Assembly: GCA_044375955.1 (NCBI GenBank)
Contig: JBILLS010000002.1
Coordinates: forward strand, 86,025-150,024
From: Candidatus Nanopelagicales bacterium
GTDB taxonomy: Bacteria; Actinomycetota; Actinomycetes; S36-B12
Direction: 5' to 3'
DNA length: 64,000 nucleotides
Shown here: piece after piece, positions 25,777 through 35,369 of the stretch
Layout of the letters: each line of letters starts with the position of its first letter
Position numbering within the stretch: position 1 is the first letter of the stretch
The notes under the pieces: model-generated
The model's database searches: none
Told to the model about the DNA's origin: nothing
Seen by the model: only the letters and a program-made list of their open reading frames with translations
Position numbers and translations under genes: made by a program

Positions 25777-26718
25777 GTGGGTATGGAATTGCGCACCATC
25801 GGCGACCAGAAGGTCTCGTGCGTCGGCTTGGGATGCATGCCGCTGAGCTTCGGTCACATGGTGGAGCGCCGGGACCAGGCGATCGCCACCATCCACCGCG
25901 CCCTCGACCTGGGCATCACATTGCTCGACACCGCCAACATCTACGCACCCTCATGGGATTCGGTCGGCCACAACGAGGCGCTCGTGGCCGAGGCCATTGA
26001 GGCGTATTCGGGTCCGGCGTCGCTCACCGACCTGCTGGTGACCACCAAGGGCGGCATCACCCGTGGACCGGGAGAGACCTGGGGTCGTGATTCCTCCTCA
26101 GCATCGCTGGTCGCGGCGTGCGAGGACAGCCTGACCCAGCTCGGCGTCGAGGTCATCGATCTCTACCAGCACCATCGTCACGATCCGGGCCAGACATACG
26201 AGTCGCAGATGAGAGCGCTCGCGTCCTTGAAGGAGCGCAATCTCGTGCGGCAGGTCGGTGTCTCCAATGTGAACGCCGCCGAGCTGACTCTGGCCCTCGA
26301 TCTACTGGGTGGCCCCCGTGACGGCGGGGTCGTCTCGGTGCAGAACGAGTTCTCCCCGCGTTACCGCGGTGACGCGGATGTGTTGGACATGTGCACGGAA
26401 CTGGGGATCGCGTTCCTCCCGTGGTCGCCCCTCGGTGGGTCCGAGCAGGCCAAGGATGTGGGATCCCGATACGCGGCCTTCACCGACGTCGGCAGCCAGA
26501 TCGGCGCGTCCCCGCAGGAGACGGTGATCAAGTGGCTGCTCGCCAAATCCCCGGTGATCATCCCGATTCCTGGTGCGACCCGACCGGAGACAGTCGAATC
26601 GATTGTGCGCGCCGCATCCATCACGCTCAGCCCTGACCAGTTCACGCGCCTCGACGCCACCGCCCCGGAGCAGTCGAGCATGTATCCCGACGACGAGCCC
26701 AGGAGCCCGCTGAGATGA
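25777..26718 (+). CDS. Aldo/keto reductase
   Basis: 313-aa ORF with LGCMPLS, GITLLDTANIY, IDLYQHHRHD and PWSPLG motifs. Confidence 0.85.
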   Translation: MGMELRTIGDQKVSCVGLGCMPLSFGHMVERRDQAIATIHRALDLGITLLDTANIYAPSWDSVGHNEALVAEAIEAYSGPASLTDLLVTTKGGITRGPGETWGRDSSSASLVAACEDSLTQLGVEVIDLYQHHRHDPGQTYESQMRALASLKERNLVRQVGVSNVNAAELTLALDLLGGPRDGGVVSVQNEFSPRYRGDADVLDMCTELGIAFLPWSPLGGSEQAKDVGSRYAAFTDVGSQIGASPQETVIKWLLAKSPVIIPIPGATRPETVESIVRAASITLSPDQFTRLDATAPEQSSMYPDDEPRSPLR

Positions 26719-27929
26719 AGCCCCGGGTCGTCATCATCGGGGCGGGTTTCGGCGGATTGACATGTGCGCGTTCCCTGATCGATGGGGGTGCGACCGACGT
26801 CACGGTGATCGACCGCCATCCGTACCAGTTATTCGCGCCACTGCTGTATCAAGTGGCGACCGGTGGACTTCCTGAGGACGACATCGCCTATCCCGTGCGC
26901 GCGGCCATCCCGGGTTTGAAGTTCGTGCGCGGTGAGGTTGTGAACGTCAACACGGAGCGCCATTCACTGAGGCTGGTCGACGGGACCGTCATCGATTGGG
27001 ACTACCTCGTGCTGGCCATGGGCAGTGTCGGAGCCACCTTCGGTATCCCCGGCGTTGCCGAGCACGCACTGCAGATGAAGGACATCTCCCAGGCGCGTGC
27101 CATCAAGCACCGGCTCCTCGGGACCTACGAGCAGGTCGAGATGGGCCATAAACCCAAGGAAGCCCTCCGCGTTGTGGTCGTGGGTGGTGGCCCGACGGGT
27201 GTGGAGGTCACCGGCGCGGTGGCGGAACTGCAGAAGCAGATGGTTCGGGAGTTCCCGGACCTGGCCCCCCTTGCGCACGTCACCTTGGTCGAGGCGGGAC
27301 CGCGACTGCTGCCGTCATTCACCGAGAAGTCAAGTGCGCGTGCGAAGCAGGCATTGGAAGAACTCGGTGCCGACGTCCGAGTCAACGCTGCGGTGGACCG
27401 CATGTATGCAACCGATGTGCACCTCACCAGCGGCGAGGTGCTACCCGCCGGAACGATCATCTGGGGTGCGGGCGTGGCTGCACCGGAGCAGTGGACATCG
27501 CTCGGGATCTCGGATCGCGCGAACCGCTTGATCGTTGATGACCGCTTGCATCTGACCCACGACGTCTGGGTGATCGGCGATATGGCACATGTCACCGGTC
27601 CGGGGGATCGCCCGCTTCCGATGGTCGCCTCCGTTGCGATGCAACAGGGCCGCTATGTCGCGGCTTCGATCGCCGCGGCAGGCACTGGAGCAGATGTCGC
27701 TCCGTTCCGGTACAAAGACAAGGGTCAGATGGCGACCATCGGCCGGCGCCTCGCTGTCGTCGAGATGCCCAACGGGCTGCGCCTCCACGGAACCCCGGCG
27801 TGGCTGGCGTGGCTGGCACTGCACGTGTTCTACCTCGCCGGCGGCCGCAACCGCATCTCAGTGATCGCGGACTGGTTCTGGAACTACCTGGCATGGGGAA
27901 CGGGACCGCGGCGCACCGTTCTGGAGTGA
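26715..27929 (+). CDS. ndh: Type II NADH dehydrogenase (NDH-2)
   Basis: 404-aa ORF with two GxGxxG folds (VVIIGAGFGG, VVVGGGPTGVE) and PLLYQVATG. ATGA overlap with the upstream gene. Confidence 0.85.
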   Translation: MKPRVVIIGAGFGGLTCARSLIDGGATDVTVIDRHPYQLFAPLLYQVATGGLPEDDIAYPVRAAIPGLKFVRGEVVNVNTERHSLRLVDGTVIDWDYLVLAMGSVGATFGIPGVAEHALQMKDISQARAIKHRLLGTYEQVEMGHKPKEALRVVVVGGGPTGVEVTGAVAELQKQMVREFPDLAPLAHVTLVEAGPRLLPSFTEKSSARAKQALEELGADVRVNAAVDRMYATDVHLTSGEVLPAGTIIWGAGVAAPEQWTSLGISDRANRLIVDDRLHLTHDVWVIGDMAHVTGPGDRPLPMVASVAMQQGRYVAASIAAAGTGADVAPFRYKDKGQMATIGRRLAVVEMPNGLRLHGTPAWLAWLALHVFYLAGGRNRISVIADWFWNYLAWGTGPRRTVLE

Positions 27930-27935
27930 CGTGTG

Positions 27936-28757
27936 TCAGCCCGGTGAGGGCGTACGCGTCGCGGTGAGGTAGTCAGCGAAAGGAACGAAGCACTGCGCGG
28001 TGCGATCCCCCTGCCGCCAGCCGACACCCGTCGGCCAGATCGCCCACCAGGCATGGAATCGCTGACCACCGGAGTAGGCCTTCCCGGCCTTCTCGCAGAT
28101 CGTCTTCGACCTGCGTTCCACGGCGCGCCTACCCGGGAATCTCTTCTGCGGTCCACCGAGTTCCACCTCGCGGATCATCACCCAGTTCTTCTTGGGCTTG
28201 GTGCACGGGAATGCAGTGGTGGTGCGCGTCCCAGGCACACCAGCTGTGCAGAAGTCGAGGGAGTCCGGGTCTGCTGTGGCGATGAGTTGCTGGAAGGGAC
28301 CGGTCACGGTGGTGAATCCGCGCCCACCACGCAGGATCGCATCGCAGCGCACCCAGCGCTGACCCTCGCGCCACTGCGCGCGGGTGGGGAAGACGGTGAT
28401 GGTCTGGAACCGGGACGGGATCGCCCGATCGGTCAATCCCAGGTAGGTGGTGAGCGCTCGGGCGGTGCAGGCCCGCGTGGCCTTCGCGCGGGCAGCACCC
28501 GAGGACCGCATCGGGTCGCCGAAGGTGTTCGGGAGGGTGCCCACCCAGTAGGTCTGCGCGGTGTGCTTCCCGGCGCAGTCCACGGGCGCACTGCGTGCGA
28601 TGCGCGCTCGGGCCTGCGGGGTCATGCGCTTCGGGGCCGCGTAGTCGTAGCACCCGTCGACCGGTGGAGATTTCGGTGCTGCGGTCGCGGGTGTGGCCAG
28701 TGGTGGGAGAGCGACACATGTGACAAAGGCGGTGAGAACGGCGACCACTGTGCGCAC
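27936..28757 (-). CDS. Secreted Cys-rich protein, septum-formation-family-like
   Basis: ORF 27936..29156. Start chosen at GTG 28757 (VRTVVAVLTAFVTCVALPPLATPATA, a signal peptide) to avoid overlapping the divergent ParA start. Repeated C..H/C spacing fits my memory of the PF13845-type family. Confidence 0.5.
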   Translation of the reverse strand: MRTVVAVLTAFVTCVALPPLATPATAAPKSPPVDGCYDYAAPKRMTPQARARIARSAPVDCAGKHTAQTYWVGTLPNTFGDPMRSSGAARAKATRACTARALTTYLGLTDRAIPSRFQTITVFPTRAQWREGQRWVRCDAILRGGRGFTTVTGPFQQLIATADPDSLDFCTAGVPGTRTTTAFPCTKPKKNWVMIREVELGGPQKRFPGRRAVERRSKTICEKAGKAYSGGQRFHAWWAIWPTGVGWRQGDRTAQCFVPFADYLTATRTPSPG

Positions 28758-28824
28758 CCGAACACGATACGGGGGGTGGGTTACCCGGCTTGTGCCGGTC
28801 GGATGTGCCCGACAGACTCGGGCC

Positions 28825-29598
28825 ATGCCCACCGTCAGTGTCCTCAGTCTCAAGGGCGGAGTCGGTAAGACGTCCGTCGTCCTCGGCCTCGCAGGTGCCG
28901 CGACCGTTCGTGGCCTCGCCACCCTTGTCGTCGATCTCGACCCCCAGGGGAACGCGACGTCGCTGCTCAAGGCGCATAAGACGCGCACGACCGTGGCCGA
29001 CGTCCTCGGGCATCCCACCCGCGAGACATTGGAAAAGGCACTCACCCCCTGTGATTGGGAGGTTGCACCGGGCGAGGTCGACGTTCTCCCCGGGCATTCA
29101 TCCGTGATCCGTTTCGATGCGTGGACCGGTGGCGCGTGGCGACCGAAGTTGGCCAAGGCACTGTCCCACCTCGACGGCTATGACCTCGTCCTCATCGACT
29201 GCCCGCCATCCCTCGGCGCGCTGACCCGCGAGGCCCTGGCCGCCTCCGACCTCGCCCTGGTGGTCACCACCCCCTCCTACTTCGGTGCGCAGGGTGTGGA
29301 ACGTGCCATGGCGGAGATCGACGAGATCAGGAAGAGCGTGAACACCAACCTGGAACTCGCAGGCATCGTCGTCAACCGTGTCCGCTCCGTGGCAGAGGAG
29401 CACACCTACCGCAACAAGGAACTCGTCGAGATCTACGGACGCACGACCTTGTTCAAGCCCTCAATCCCGGACCGGATCGCCGTGCAACAGGCGGAGGGAT
29501 TCGGGCAGCCCGTGCAGTTGGTCCGCACCGCGGGTGGTCGCGAGGTCGCCGACATCTTCGACACGTATCTCACGGCGCTGTTGCGCAAGTCTCAGTAG
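28825..29598 (+). CDS. ParA/Soj-type P-loop ATPase (orphan, no ParB nearby)
   Basis: Start at MPTVSVLSLKGGVGKTS (deviant Walker A KGGVGKT). DLDPQGNAT, VLIDCPPSLG. Confidence 0.8.
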   Translation: MPTVSVLSLKGGVGKTSVVLGLAGAATVRGLATLVVDLDPQGNATSLLKAHKTRTTVADVLGHPTRETLEKALTPCDWEVAPGEVDVLPGHSSVIRFDAWTGGAWRPKLAKALSHLDGYDLVLIDCPPSLGALTREALAASDLALVVTTPSYFGAQGVERAMAEIDEIRKSVNTNLELAGIVVNRVRSVAEEHTYRNKELVEIYGRTTLFKPSIPDRIAVQQAEGFGQPVQLVRTAGGREVADIFDTYLTALLRKSQ

Positions 29599-29604
29599 AC
29601 CGGC

Positions 29605-30303
29605 CTACTTCCGGTTCTCGAGGTACTTCCGGTCGGCCACGATCGCCACGGCAATCGCGAACGCCAAAAGTCCGATCGATAGGACGACCAACCAGCCGCC
29701 TACATCGCCCGCACCGGTGATGTTCTCGGGGTCGTCCGGGCACATCCCCAGCCCGCACTCCGGTAGGACACTGATCGCGATCACGATGAGATCGAGGAAC
29801 ACCCAGATGATGCCGGTGAGCGCGGCGATGCGGAACCAACTGCGTTGGTAGCGCAGACCCGTGTCCTGTGCCTCGAAGGGCTTGTTCCACAGCAGCATGA
29901 ACGCACAACCGACGATCGCCACGGCGAATGTGATGAACGCCCAGGTGTAGAGGTGGTAGCCGAGAACCGTGGGACCGTAACCGGGATCGTTGGGGTCGGC
30001 GATGTGCAGCAGGATCTGGCGCGTGCTGCCGGCACCACCCACCATCGCGGCAAGGATGCTCAGGGCGTAGTGCGCGGGCTTCATCCCCCAGAGCAGGTTC
30101 ATCACCGGGCCGATGGCCAGGCCGATCATGGCCGAGCGCTGGATGAGGCAGAGCGGACACGGCTGCTCGCCCACGCCCAGGTGAAGGTGCAGGGAACCGG
30201 CGAGGACCCCGATGAGTGCGAAGAGAGCGAGCACATTGACGATCCGCGCGATTTGCGTCTCACGAGCGACGAAGGCGCGCTCAGTCTCAGTGACGATGTT
30301 CAT
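29605..30303 (-). CDS. DsbB-family disulfide bond formation protein
   Basis: 232-aa ORF with four or more TM helices, a first-loop CxxC (EQPCPLCLIQR) and a second Cys pair (LPECGLGMCPDD). Confidence 0.65.
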   Translation of the reverse strand: MNIVTETERAFVARETQIARIVNVLALFALIGVLAGSLHLHLGVGEQPCPLCLIQRSAMIGLAIGPVMNLLWGMKPAHYALSILAAMVGGAGSTRQILLHIADPNDPGYGPTVLGYHLYTWAFITFAVAIVGCAFMLLWNKPFEAQDTGLRYQRSWFRIAALTGIIWVFLDLIVIAISVLPECGLGMCPDDPENITGAGDVGGWLVVLSIGLLAFAIAVAIVADRKYLENRK

Positions 30304-30309
30304 GGCGCC

Positions 30310-30459
30310 TCAGAAGTTCAGGGGAATCGGGTCGGTCATGTGCAGGACGAGGAGGACGAGGGTCCACGCCATGGCGACCAAGGCCAGGGTGGGCACCCAG
30401 GTTCGGCGCATGAAGATCCCGATGAAGACCAGGAACCACAGCACGAACATCGAGAACAT
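30310..30459 (-). CDS. Untracked 49-codon two-TM membrane ORF immediately upstream of dsbB-like gene
   Basis: Own translation: MFSMFVLWFLVFIGIFMRRTWVPTLALVAMAWTLVLLVLHMTDPIPLNF*. Its stop lies 6 nt before the DsbB ATG. It is below the ORF track length cut-off. Confidence 0.55.
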   Translation of the reverse strand: MFSMFVLWFLVFIGIFMRRTWVPTLALVAMAWTLVLLVLHMTDPIPLNF

Positions 30460-30588
30460 CACGGGTTCACCCTAGGGCGACAAGTGGGCTCGGGAGCGGC
30501 TATCGGGTGACATGGTCGTGAATGGATCTCGCGCCCAAACTCAGATGAGGCCCTAGGCTCGCGGACGGTACCGGAGGAGAGGCCCACC

Positions 30589-31728
30589 GTGAAGATCGTC
30601 ATCCCTGCGGAGTCGCGCCCGGGTGAGAAGCGGGTGGCGATGGTCCCCTCCGTCGTGAAGAAGTTCACCACCATGGGCCTGGATGTCGTGGTCGAATCGG
30701 GTGCGGGTGCCCACGCCTTCGCCTCCGATACGGCCTACATCGACGCTGGTGCCCGGATTGCTGGTGGTGCCGACTTCGACGCCGAATTGGGTTCTGCGGA
30801 TGTTGTGGCATCCGTACGTCCACTCGATCCGGAACGTGTCCGGCGCATGCGTCGGGGCGCTGTGACGATCTCCTTCCTGTCGCCGGGAACGGACACAGCG
30901 ACGATCTCCGCAATGCGAGATGCGGGCGTCACGGCGCTGTCCTTCGATGTGCTGCCGCGCATCTCCCGTGCGCAGAGCATGGATGCGCTGACGTCTCAGG
31001 CGCTGGTGACCGGATACCGCGCCTCCCTGGTGGGTGCGGAGTTGCTGCCGAGCTTCTTCCCGCTGTTCATGACCGCAGCGGGAACTATCCAGCCCGCGAA
31101 GGTCCTGGTACTGGGTGCCGGTGTCGCGGGGCTGCAGGCCATCGCGACGGCCAAGCGCCTCGGCGCGAAGGTGTCCGCCTACGACGTGCGGCCCGCGAGT
31201 GCCGACGAGGTGAAGTCGATGGGTGCCACGTTCATCACGCTGGACCTCGAAGCCCTCGAGGGATCGGGCGGCTACGCCCGGGAGATGACCGAGGAGCGCG
31301 CCGCGCGGCAACGCGAACTGCTCGCACCGCATATTGCGGAGAGCGACGTCCTGATCACCACCGCCGCCGTTCCCGGTCGCCGGGCGCCGCTTCTCGTGAC
31401 CCGCGTCATGGTCGAGGGCATGAAGCCGGGTGCGGTCGTCGTCGACCTCGCGAGCGAGACCGGTGGCAACGTCGAAGGTTCGGTGGCTGGTGAAACCGTG
31501 CATGTCGGTCAGGTCTCGATCTGGGGCGGCAAGGACGTCGCCTCCGAGATGCCGGTGCATGCCTCGCAGCTCTACGCGATGAACGCGCTCGCGCTGCTCG
31601 GTCTCTTGGTCAAGGACGAGGGGATCACCGTGGACCTGGCCGATGAAGTTCTCGACGGGTGCGCCGTGGTGTTCAACGGTGAGGTCCGCAACGAAGCGGC
31701 GCGCGCCGCATTGCAGGGAGGTGCCTGA
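30589..31728 (+). CDS. pntAA: NAD(P) transhydrogenase subunit alpha, part 1
   Basis: 379-aa ORF with an alanine-dehydrogenase-like fold (VLVLGAGVAGLQAIATAKRLGA). Confidence 0.9.
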   Translation: MKIVIPAESRPGEKRVAMVPSVVKKFTTMGLDVVVESGAGAHAFASDTAYIDAGARIAGGADFDAELGSADVVASVRPLDPERVRRMRRGAVTISFLSPGTDTATISAMRDAGVTALSFDVLPRISRAQSMDALTSQALVTGYRASLVGAELLPSFFPLFMTAAGTIQPAKVLVLGAGVAGLQAIATAKRLGAKVSAYDVRPASADEVKSMGATFITLDLEALEGSGGYAREMTEERAARQRELLAPHIAESDVLITTAAVPGRRAPLLVTRVMVEGMKPGAVVVDLASETGGNVEGSVAGETVHVGQVSIWGGKDVASEMPVHASQLYAMNALALLGLLVKDEGITVDLADEVLDGCAVVFNGEVRNEAARAALQGGA

Positions 31729-31730
31729 GT

Positions 31731-32036
31731 ATGGACGGCGTTGCATTGCTGACCATCTTCATCCTGAGCATCTTCGTGGGATTCGAAGTGGTCTCGAAGG
31801 TCTCCACGGTCCTGCATACCCCGCTCATGTCCGGTGCCAACGCAATCCACGGCGTCGTCGTGATGGGCGCGATCATCGTCGCGGGTAAGGCAACGAATGC
31901 CCTGGAGTTGAGCATCGCCTTGGTCGCCATCCTCCTCGGTGCGATCAACCTGGTGGGCGGATTCGTCGTCACCGATCGAATGCTCGAGATGTTCAAGCCG
32001 AAGAAGGCCACCGGAAAAGAGGGTGGCGCGGCATGA
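31731..32036 (+). CDS. pntAB: NAD(P) transhydrogenase subunit alpha, part 2 (membrane)
   Basis: 101-aa hydrophobic ORF (TPLMSGANAIHG) located between pntAA and pntB. Confidence 0.9.
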   Translation: MDGVALLTIFILSIFVGFEVVSKVSTVLHTPLMSGANAIHGVVVMGAIIVAGKATNALELSIALVAILLGAINLVGGFVVTDRMLEMFKPKKATGKEGGAA

Positions 32037-33421
32037 ACGAGGTCCATACCGATCCGATCTGGGTCCAAATCGCCTATCTCGTTGCGGCGGTGCTGTTCAT
32101 CATCGCCTTGAAGAGCATGTCCTCTCCGCGTACGGCTCGCGCTGGCGTGCTCATCGGTGCGGCGGGTGCCCTCCTCGCAACCGTGGTCCTGTTCCTCAGC
32201 GGCATCGAACTGCTCAATCTCGGACTCATCCTCGGGTTCCTCGCCGTCGGCTCGATCATCGGCTGGGTCGCCGCCCGCCGGGTGAAGATGACGGCAATGC
32301 CGCAACTCGTCGCCCTGTTCAATGGCGTCGGTGGCGGTGCGGCTGCCCTCATCGCCGTCGTCGAGTACTTCGAGGTCGGATCGAGTGACCTGCTGTTCCT
32401 GATCTTCACCGTGGCCACCGTGATCGTCGGTTCGGTGGCCTTCAGCGGATCCATCGTGACGTTCCTGAAGCTGCAGGAACTTATGACCACGCGGCCGGTC
32501 ATCGTCCCCCTGGGTAAGTGGGTCACGATCCTGGTCGCGGTCGGCACCGTGGCTGCGGGTGTCGGGCTGGTGGTGCAACCACAGGACTGGCTCCTCGTCC
32601 TGCTGCTTGTTCTGTCGTTGATTTTCGGTGTGCTCTTCGTGCTGCCCGTGGGCGGCGCGGACGTCCCCATCGTCATCTCGTTGCTGAACGCCATGACCGG
32701 CCTCGCGGTGGCGGCGTCGGGCTATGTGCTCGACAACGTGCTGCTCCTCATCGCGGGCACGTTGGTCGGTGCCTCGGGCACCCTGCTCACGAACCTGATG
32801 GCCAAGGCGATGGGACGCCCCCTCACTTCCACCCTGTTCGGTGCGTTCTCCGGCACCACAGCGGGGAGCACGTCTGCCGGAAGCGACCGCCCCGTGCGCT
32901 CGGCATCACCGAACGACGTCGCGATCATGCTCGGCTTCGCATCCAAGGTCATCCTCGTGCCGGGATACGGCCTCGCGGTCGCTCAGGCACAGAGCACCCT
33001 GCGTGAACTCGCCGACCTGTTGAGCGAGAAGGGCATCGAGGTCGACTACGCCATCCACCCTGTGGCCGGCCGCATGCCCGGCCACATGAACGTGCTGCTC
33101 GCGGAGGCGAACGTGCCGTATGAGCAACTCAAGGAGATGGACGAGATCAACCCCGAGTTCTCCTCCACCGATGTCGTGCTCGTCGTTGGCGCGAATGACG
33201 TCGTGAATCCGGCGGCACGCACTGACACGTCTGCACCCATCTATGGGATGCCGATCCTCAACGTTGATCAAGCACAGCAGGTCGTCTTCCTCAAGCGCTC
33301 GATGCGCCCGGGATTCGCGGGCATCGAGAACGAGATCCTCTACGACCCGAAGACCACGCTGCTGTTCGGTGATGCGAAGGACTCGCTCACGAAGGTCGTT
33401 GCCGCACTAAAGACCGTCTAG
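32033..33421 (+). CDS. pntB: NAD(P) transhydrogenase subunit beta
   Basis: 462-aa ORF with an N-terminal membrane domain and a C-terminal NADP(H) domain (VPGYGLAVAQAQ, HPVAGRMPGHMNVLLAEA, VVGANDVVNP). Confidence 0.9.
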   Translation: MNEVHTDPIWVQIAYLVAAVLFIIALKSMSSPRTARAGVLIGAAGALLATVVLFLSGIELLNLGLILGFLAVGSIIGWVAARRVKMTAMPQLVALFNGVGGGAAALIAVVEYFEVGSSDLLFLIFTVATVIVGSVAFSGSIVTFLKLQELMTTRPVIVPLGKWVTILVAVGTVAAGVGLVVQPQDWLLVLLLVLSLIFGVLFVLPVGGADVPIVISLLNAMTGLAVAASGYVLDNVLLLIAGTLVGASGTLLTNLMAKAMGRPLTSTLFGAFSGTTAGSTSAGSDRPVRSASPNDVAIMLGFASKVILVPGYGLAVAQAQSTLRELADLLSEKGIEVDYAIHPVAGRMPGHMNVLLAEANVPYEQLKEMDEINPEFSSTDVVLVVGANDVVNPAARTDTSAPIYGMPILNVDQAQQVVFLKRSMRPGFAGIENEILYDPKTTLLFGDAKDSLTKVVAALKTV

Positions 33422-33431
33422 AGGGGCTGCC

Positions 33432-34061
33432 TCACTGCAGCACCCATGCATGTGAGGATGTCGAGTACGCCAGGGTTCTGGTGCACACCGGTCCGCCTGT
33501 TCTCGCATTTGCCCACTGAGCCCAACTTTCAGCCCATCCGCCAGAGGGGACACCGGCCCAGTTCAGCCCCGCGGGTTGAGCTGCATTGCATTCACCTTGG
33601 GTGGGGCGACTGAACTGCTGGATCACCGGAATCGGGGTCGGGTTCAACGTTGATGTCGATGACGGAGACGATGAGGAACCGGAGCCTGATGAAATGGTGA
33701 TGTAGCCAACGAAGCCAGTCAAACCGCTGCCCCACAAGGCGAGCCTTCCGACTTGCGTGACTGTGTAGACGTTGCTCGAACCCGCGTTTGAGGGGCAGTC
33801 TGGAACCCCTGCGCTGACCGTGCAATTCGTTACACCTTGGCGGGCAGTACCCGTATCGTTTCGTAGGGAACCGGGTGAGGAGACGCTGGTGTTTTCAAGG
33901 GTGAACGTGTCGTTCACCTGACCAGAAAGAGTCACGCCCGCGAAGGTGGTTCCATTCCACGAGACCGTTCCTAAGTCCGCTGCCTTCACCGGCATGCTGC
34001 CAATGATGGAGACGACGGATGCGATCATCGTTGCTCCGACTAGTGCCCTCCGGTTGCGCAT
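33432..34061 (-). CDS. Secreted protein of unknown function (visibly lower GC)
   Basis: 209-aa ORF with a signal peptide (ALVGATMIASVVSIIGSMPVKA), a Ser/Thr/Gly-rich beta-like N-domain, an SSGSGSSSSPSSTS linker and a Trp/Cys-containing C-module (QQFSRPTQGECNAAQPAGLNWAGVPSGGWAESWAQWANARTGGPVCTRTL). Confidence 0.55.
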   Translation of the reverse strand: MRNRRALVGATMIASVVSIIGSMPVKAADLGTVSWNGTTFAGVTLSGQVNDTFTLENTSVSSPGSLRNDTGTARQGVTNCTVSAGVPDCPSNAGSSNVYTVTQVGRLALWGSGLTGFVGYITISSGSGSSSSPSSTSTLNPTPIPVIQQFSRPTQGECNAAQPAGLNWAGVPSGGWAESWAQWANARTGGPVCTRTLAYSTSSHAWVLQ

Positions 34062-34180
34062 AACACCCTCTCGACATTCCGCTCGCCCATGAGTCGAGGG
34101 CAGGCTACACAGAGGAGGAGTGGGCGAGGGGCGAATCTTCGGTTATCTCAACAAGTGGACGAGAGGGCGTGGGACCGCTT

Positions 34181-34822
34181 TCATTCAGCGACGCCGTAGA
34201 GGCGGTCACCGGCGTCACCGAGACCCGGGACTATGTACCCCTTCTCATTGAGTCGCTCGTCGAGCGCGGCGGTCACCACGGTCACCTTCGCGTCGGACTT
34301 TCCGTAGACCTCTTCCAGTCGAGCCACACCCTCGGGTGCGGCGAGCAGGCAGATCGCCGTGACGTCCTTTGCACCGCGCTCGAGCAGGATGTCGATGGCA
34401 GCCACGAGCGTTCCCCCGGTAGCGAGCATGGGATCGAGGACGAAGACCTGACGGTTGTGCATGTCGTGGGGGAGACGGTCGGCATAGATCGATGCGCGGA
34501 GGGACTCCTCGTCGCGTACGAGGCCGAGGAACCCGACCTCCGCCGTCGGCATCAGCTTCACCATTCCGTTGAGCATGCCCAGGCCGGCGCGCAGGATCGG
34601 CACCACCAGCGGCTTGGGCTCGGCCAACTCGACACCTGTCGTGGGGGCGACGGGAGTGACGATGTTGACCGGATGAACGGTCAGATTGTCCGTCGCTTCG
34701 TAGGCCAGAAGAGTCACGAGTTCCTCGGCGAGCAGCCGGAAGGTCGCCGACGAGGTCTCCTCCCGCCGGAGCCTGGTCAACTTGTGGGCGACGAGCGGAT
34801 GGTCGACGACGAGCGTGCGCAT
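34181..34822 (-). CDS. upp: Uracil phosphoribosyltransferase
   Basis: 213-aa ORF with the PRPP motif [13 protein letters not shown], a C-terminal [15 protein letters not shown] and an N-terminal [10 protein letters not shown]. Confidence 0.92.
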   Translation of the reverse strand: MRTLVVDHPLVAHKLTRLRREETSSATFRLLAEELVTLLAYEATDNLTVHPVNIVTPVAPTTGVELAEPKPLVVPILRAGLGMLNGMVKLMPTAEVGFLGLVRDEESLRASIYADRLPHDMHNRQVFVLDPMLATGGTLVAAIDILLERGAKDVTAICLLAAPEGVARLEEVYGKSDAKVTVVTAALDERLNEKGYIVPGLGDAGDRLYGVAE

Positions 34823-34880
34823 GCCGGCAACAGTAGCCGCCTGGTGGCGACGGGGGGAGCGTTCATGCCACGATCAGCCC

Positions 34881-35369
34881 GTGGCCGCACAAGCAGTGAC
34901 ACCCGAGGACGTCGACGTCAGCATGGTGTTCTACCGGGAAGAGGGCAGGTGGAATGTTGCCGCCCTCCCTGCGCGCGGCTCGACGACCATGGACAACCTG
35001 TTGGATGCGTTGCGCAGGTTCCCCGGTGAGGGCGGAGTCATGGGCGCGGTTGCGGTGGGGGACGAGTTCTTCGTCCTCGTTCGCGAGTCGGGCCAGGGCC
35101 GACGTCTCATGCTGAGTGACGGCGCGAGCACCCTCGACTGGAGTCTCGCCGATGAGGCTGCGACCTTGATCGGGTTCGATGACGATGACCCCGAGGAGTA
35201 CGAGCCCATCGGCGACGTGGAACTCCTCGAGGACTTCGGTGTGAATCCAGACGACATCGTCGCGATCTGCCAGAACGAGGACCTCTACCCCGACGAGCAG
35301 TTGGGGGCGATCGCGGAACGCTTGGGGTTCGCCGATCAGTGGCAGGCCGCACTCAATGATGCCCGGTGA
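34881..35369 (+). CDS. tRNA adenosine deaminase-associated protein
   Basis: ORF 34782..35369. It is acidic, lies directly upstream of tadA and overlaps it, as in other actinobacteria. The start is uncertain (GTG 34881, GTG 34896 or ATG 34923). Confidence 0.6.
   Translation: MAAQAVTPEDVDVSMVFYREEGRWNVAALPARGSTTMDNLLDALRRFPGEGGVMGAVAVGDEFFVLVRESGQGRRLMLSDGASTLDWSLADEAATLIGFDDDDPEEYEPIGDVELLEDFGVNPDDIVAICQNEDLYPDEQLGAIAERLGFADQWQAALNDAR

Noticed and set aside
30553-31746. 397-aa minus-strand ORF
   Set aside because: It lies antisense to pntAA, which has clear family motifs and operon context.
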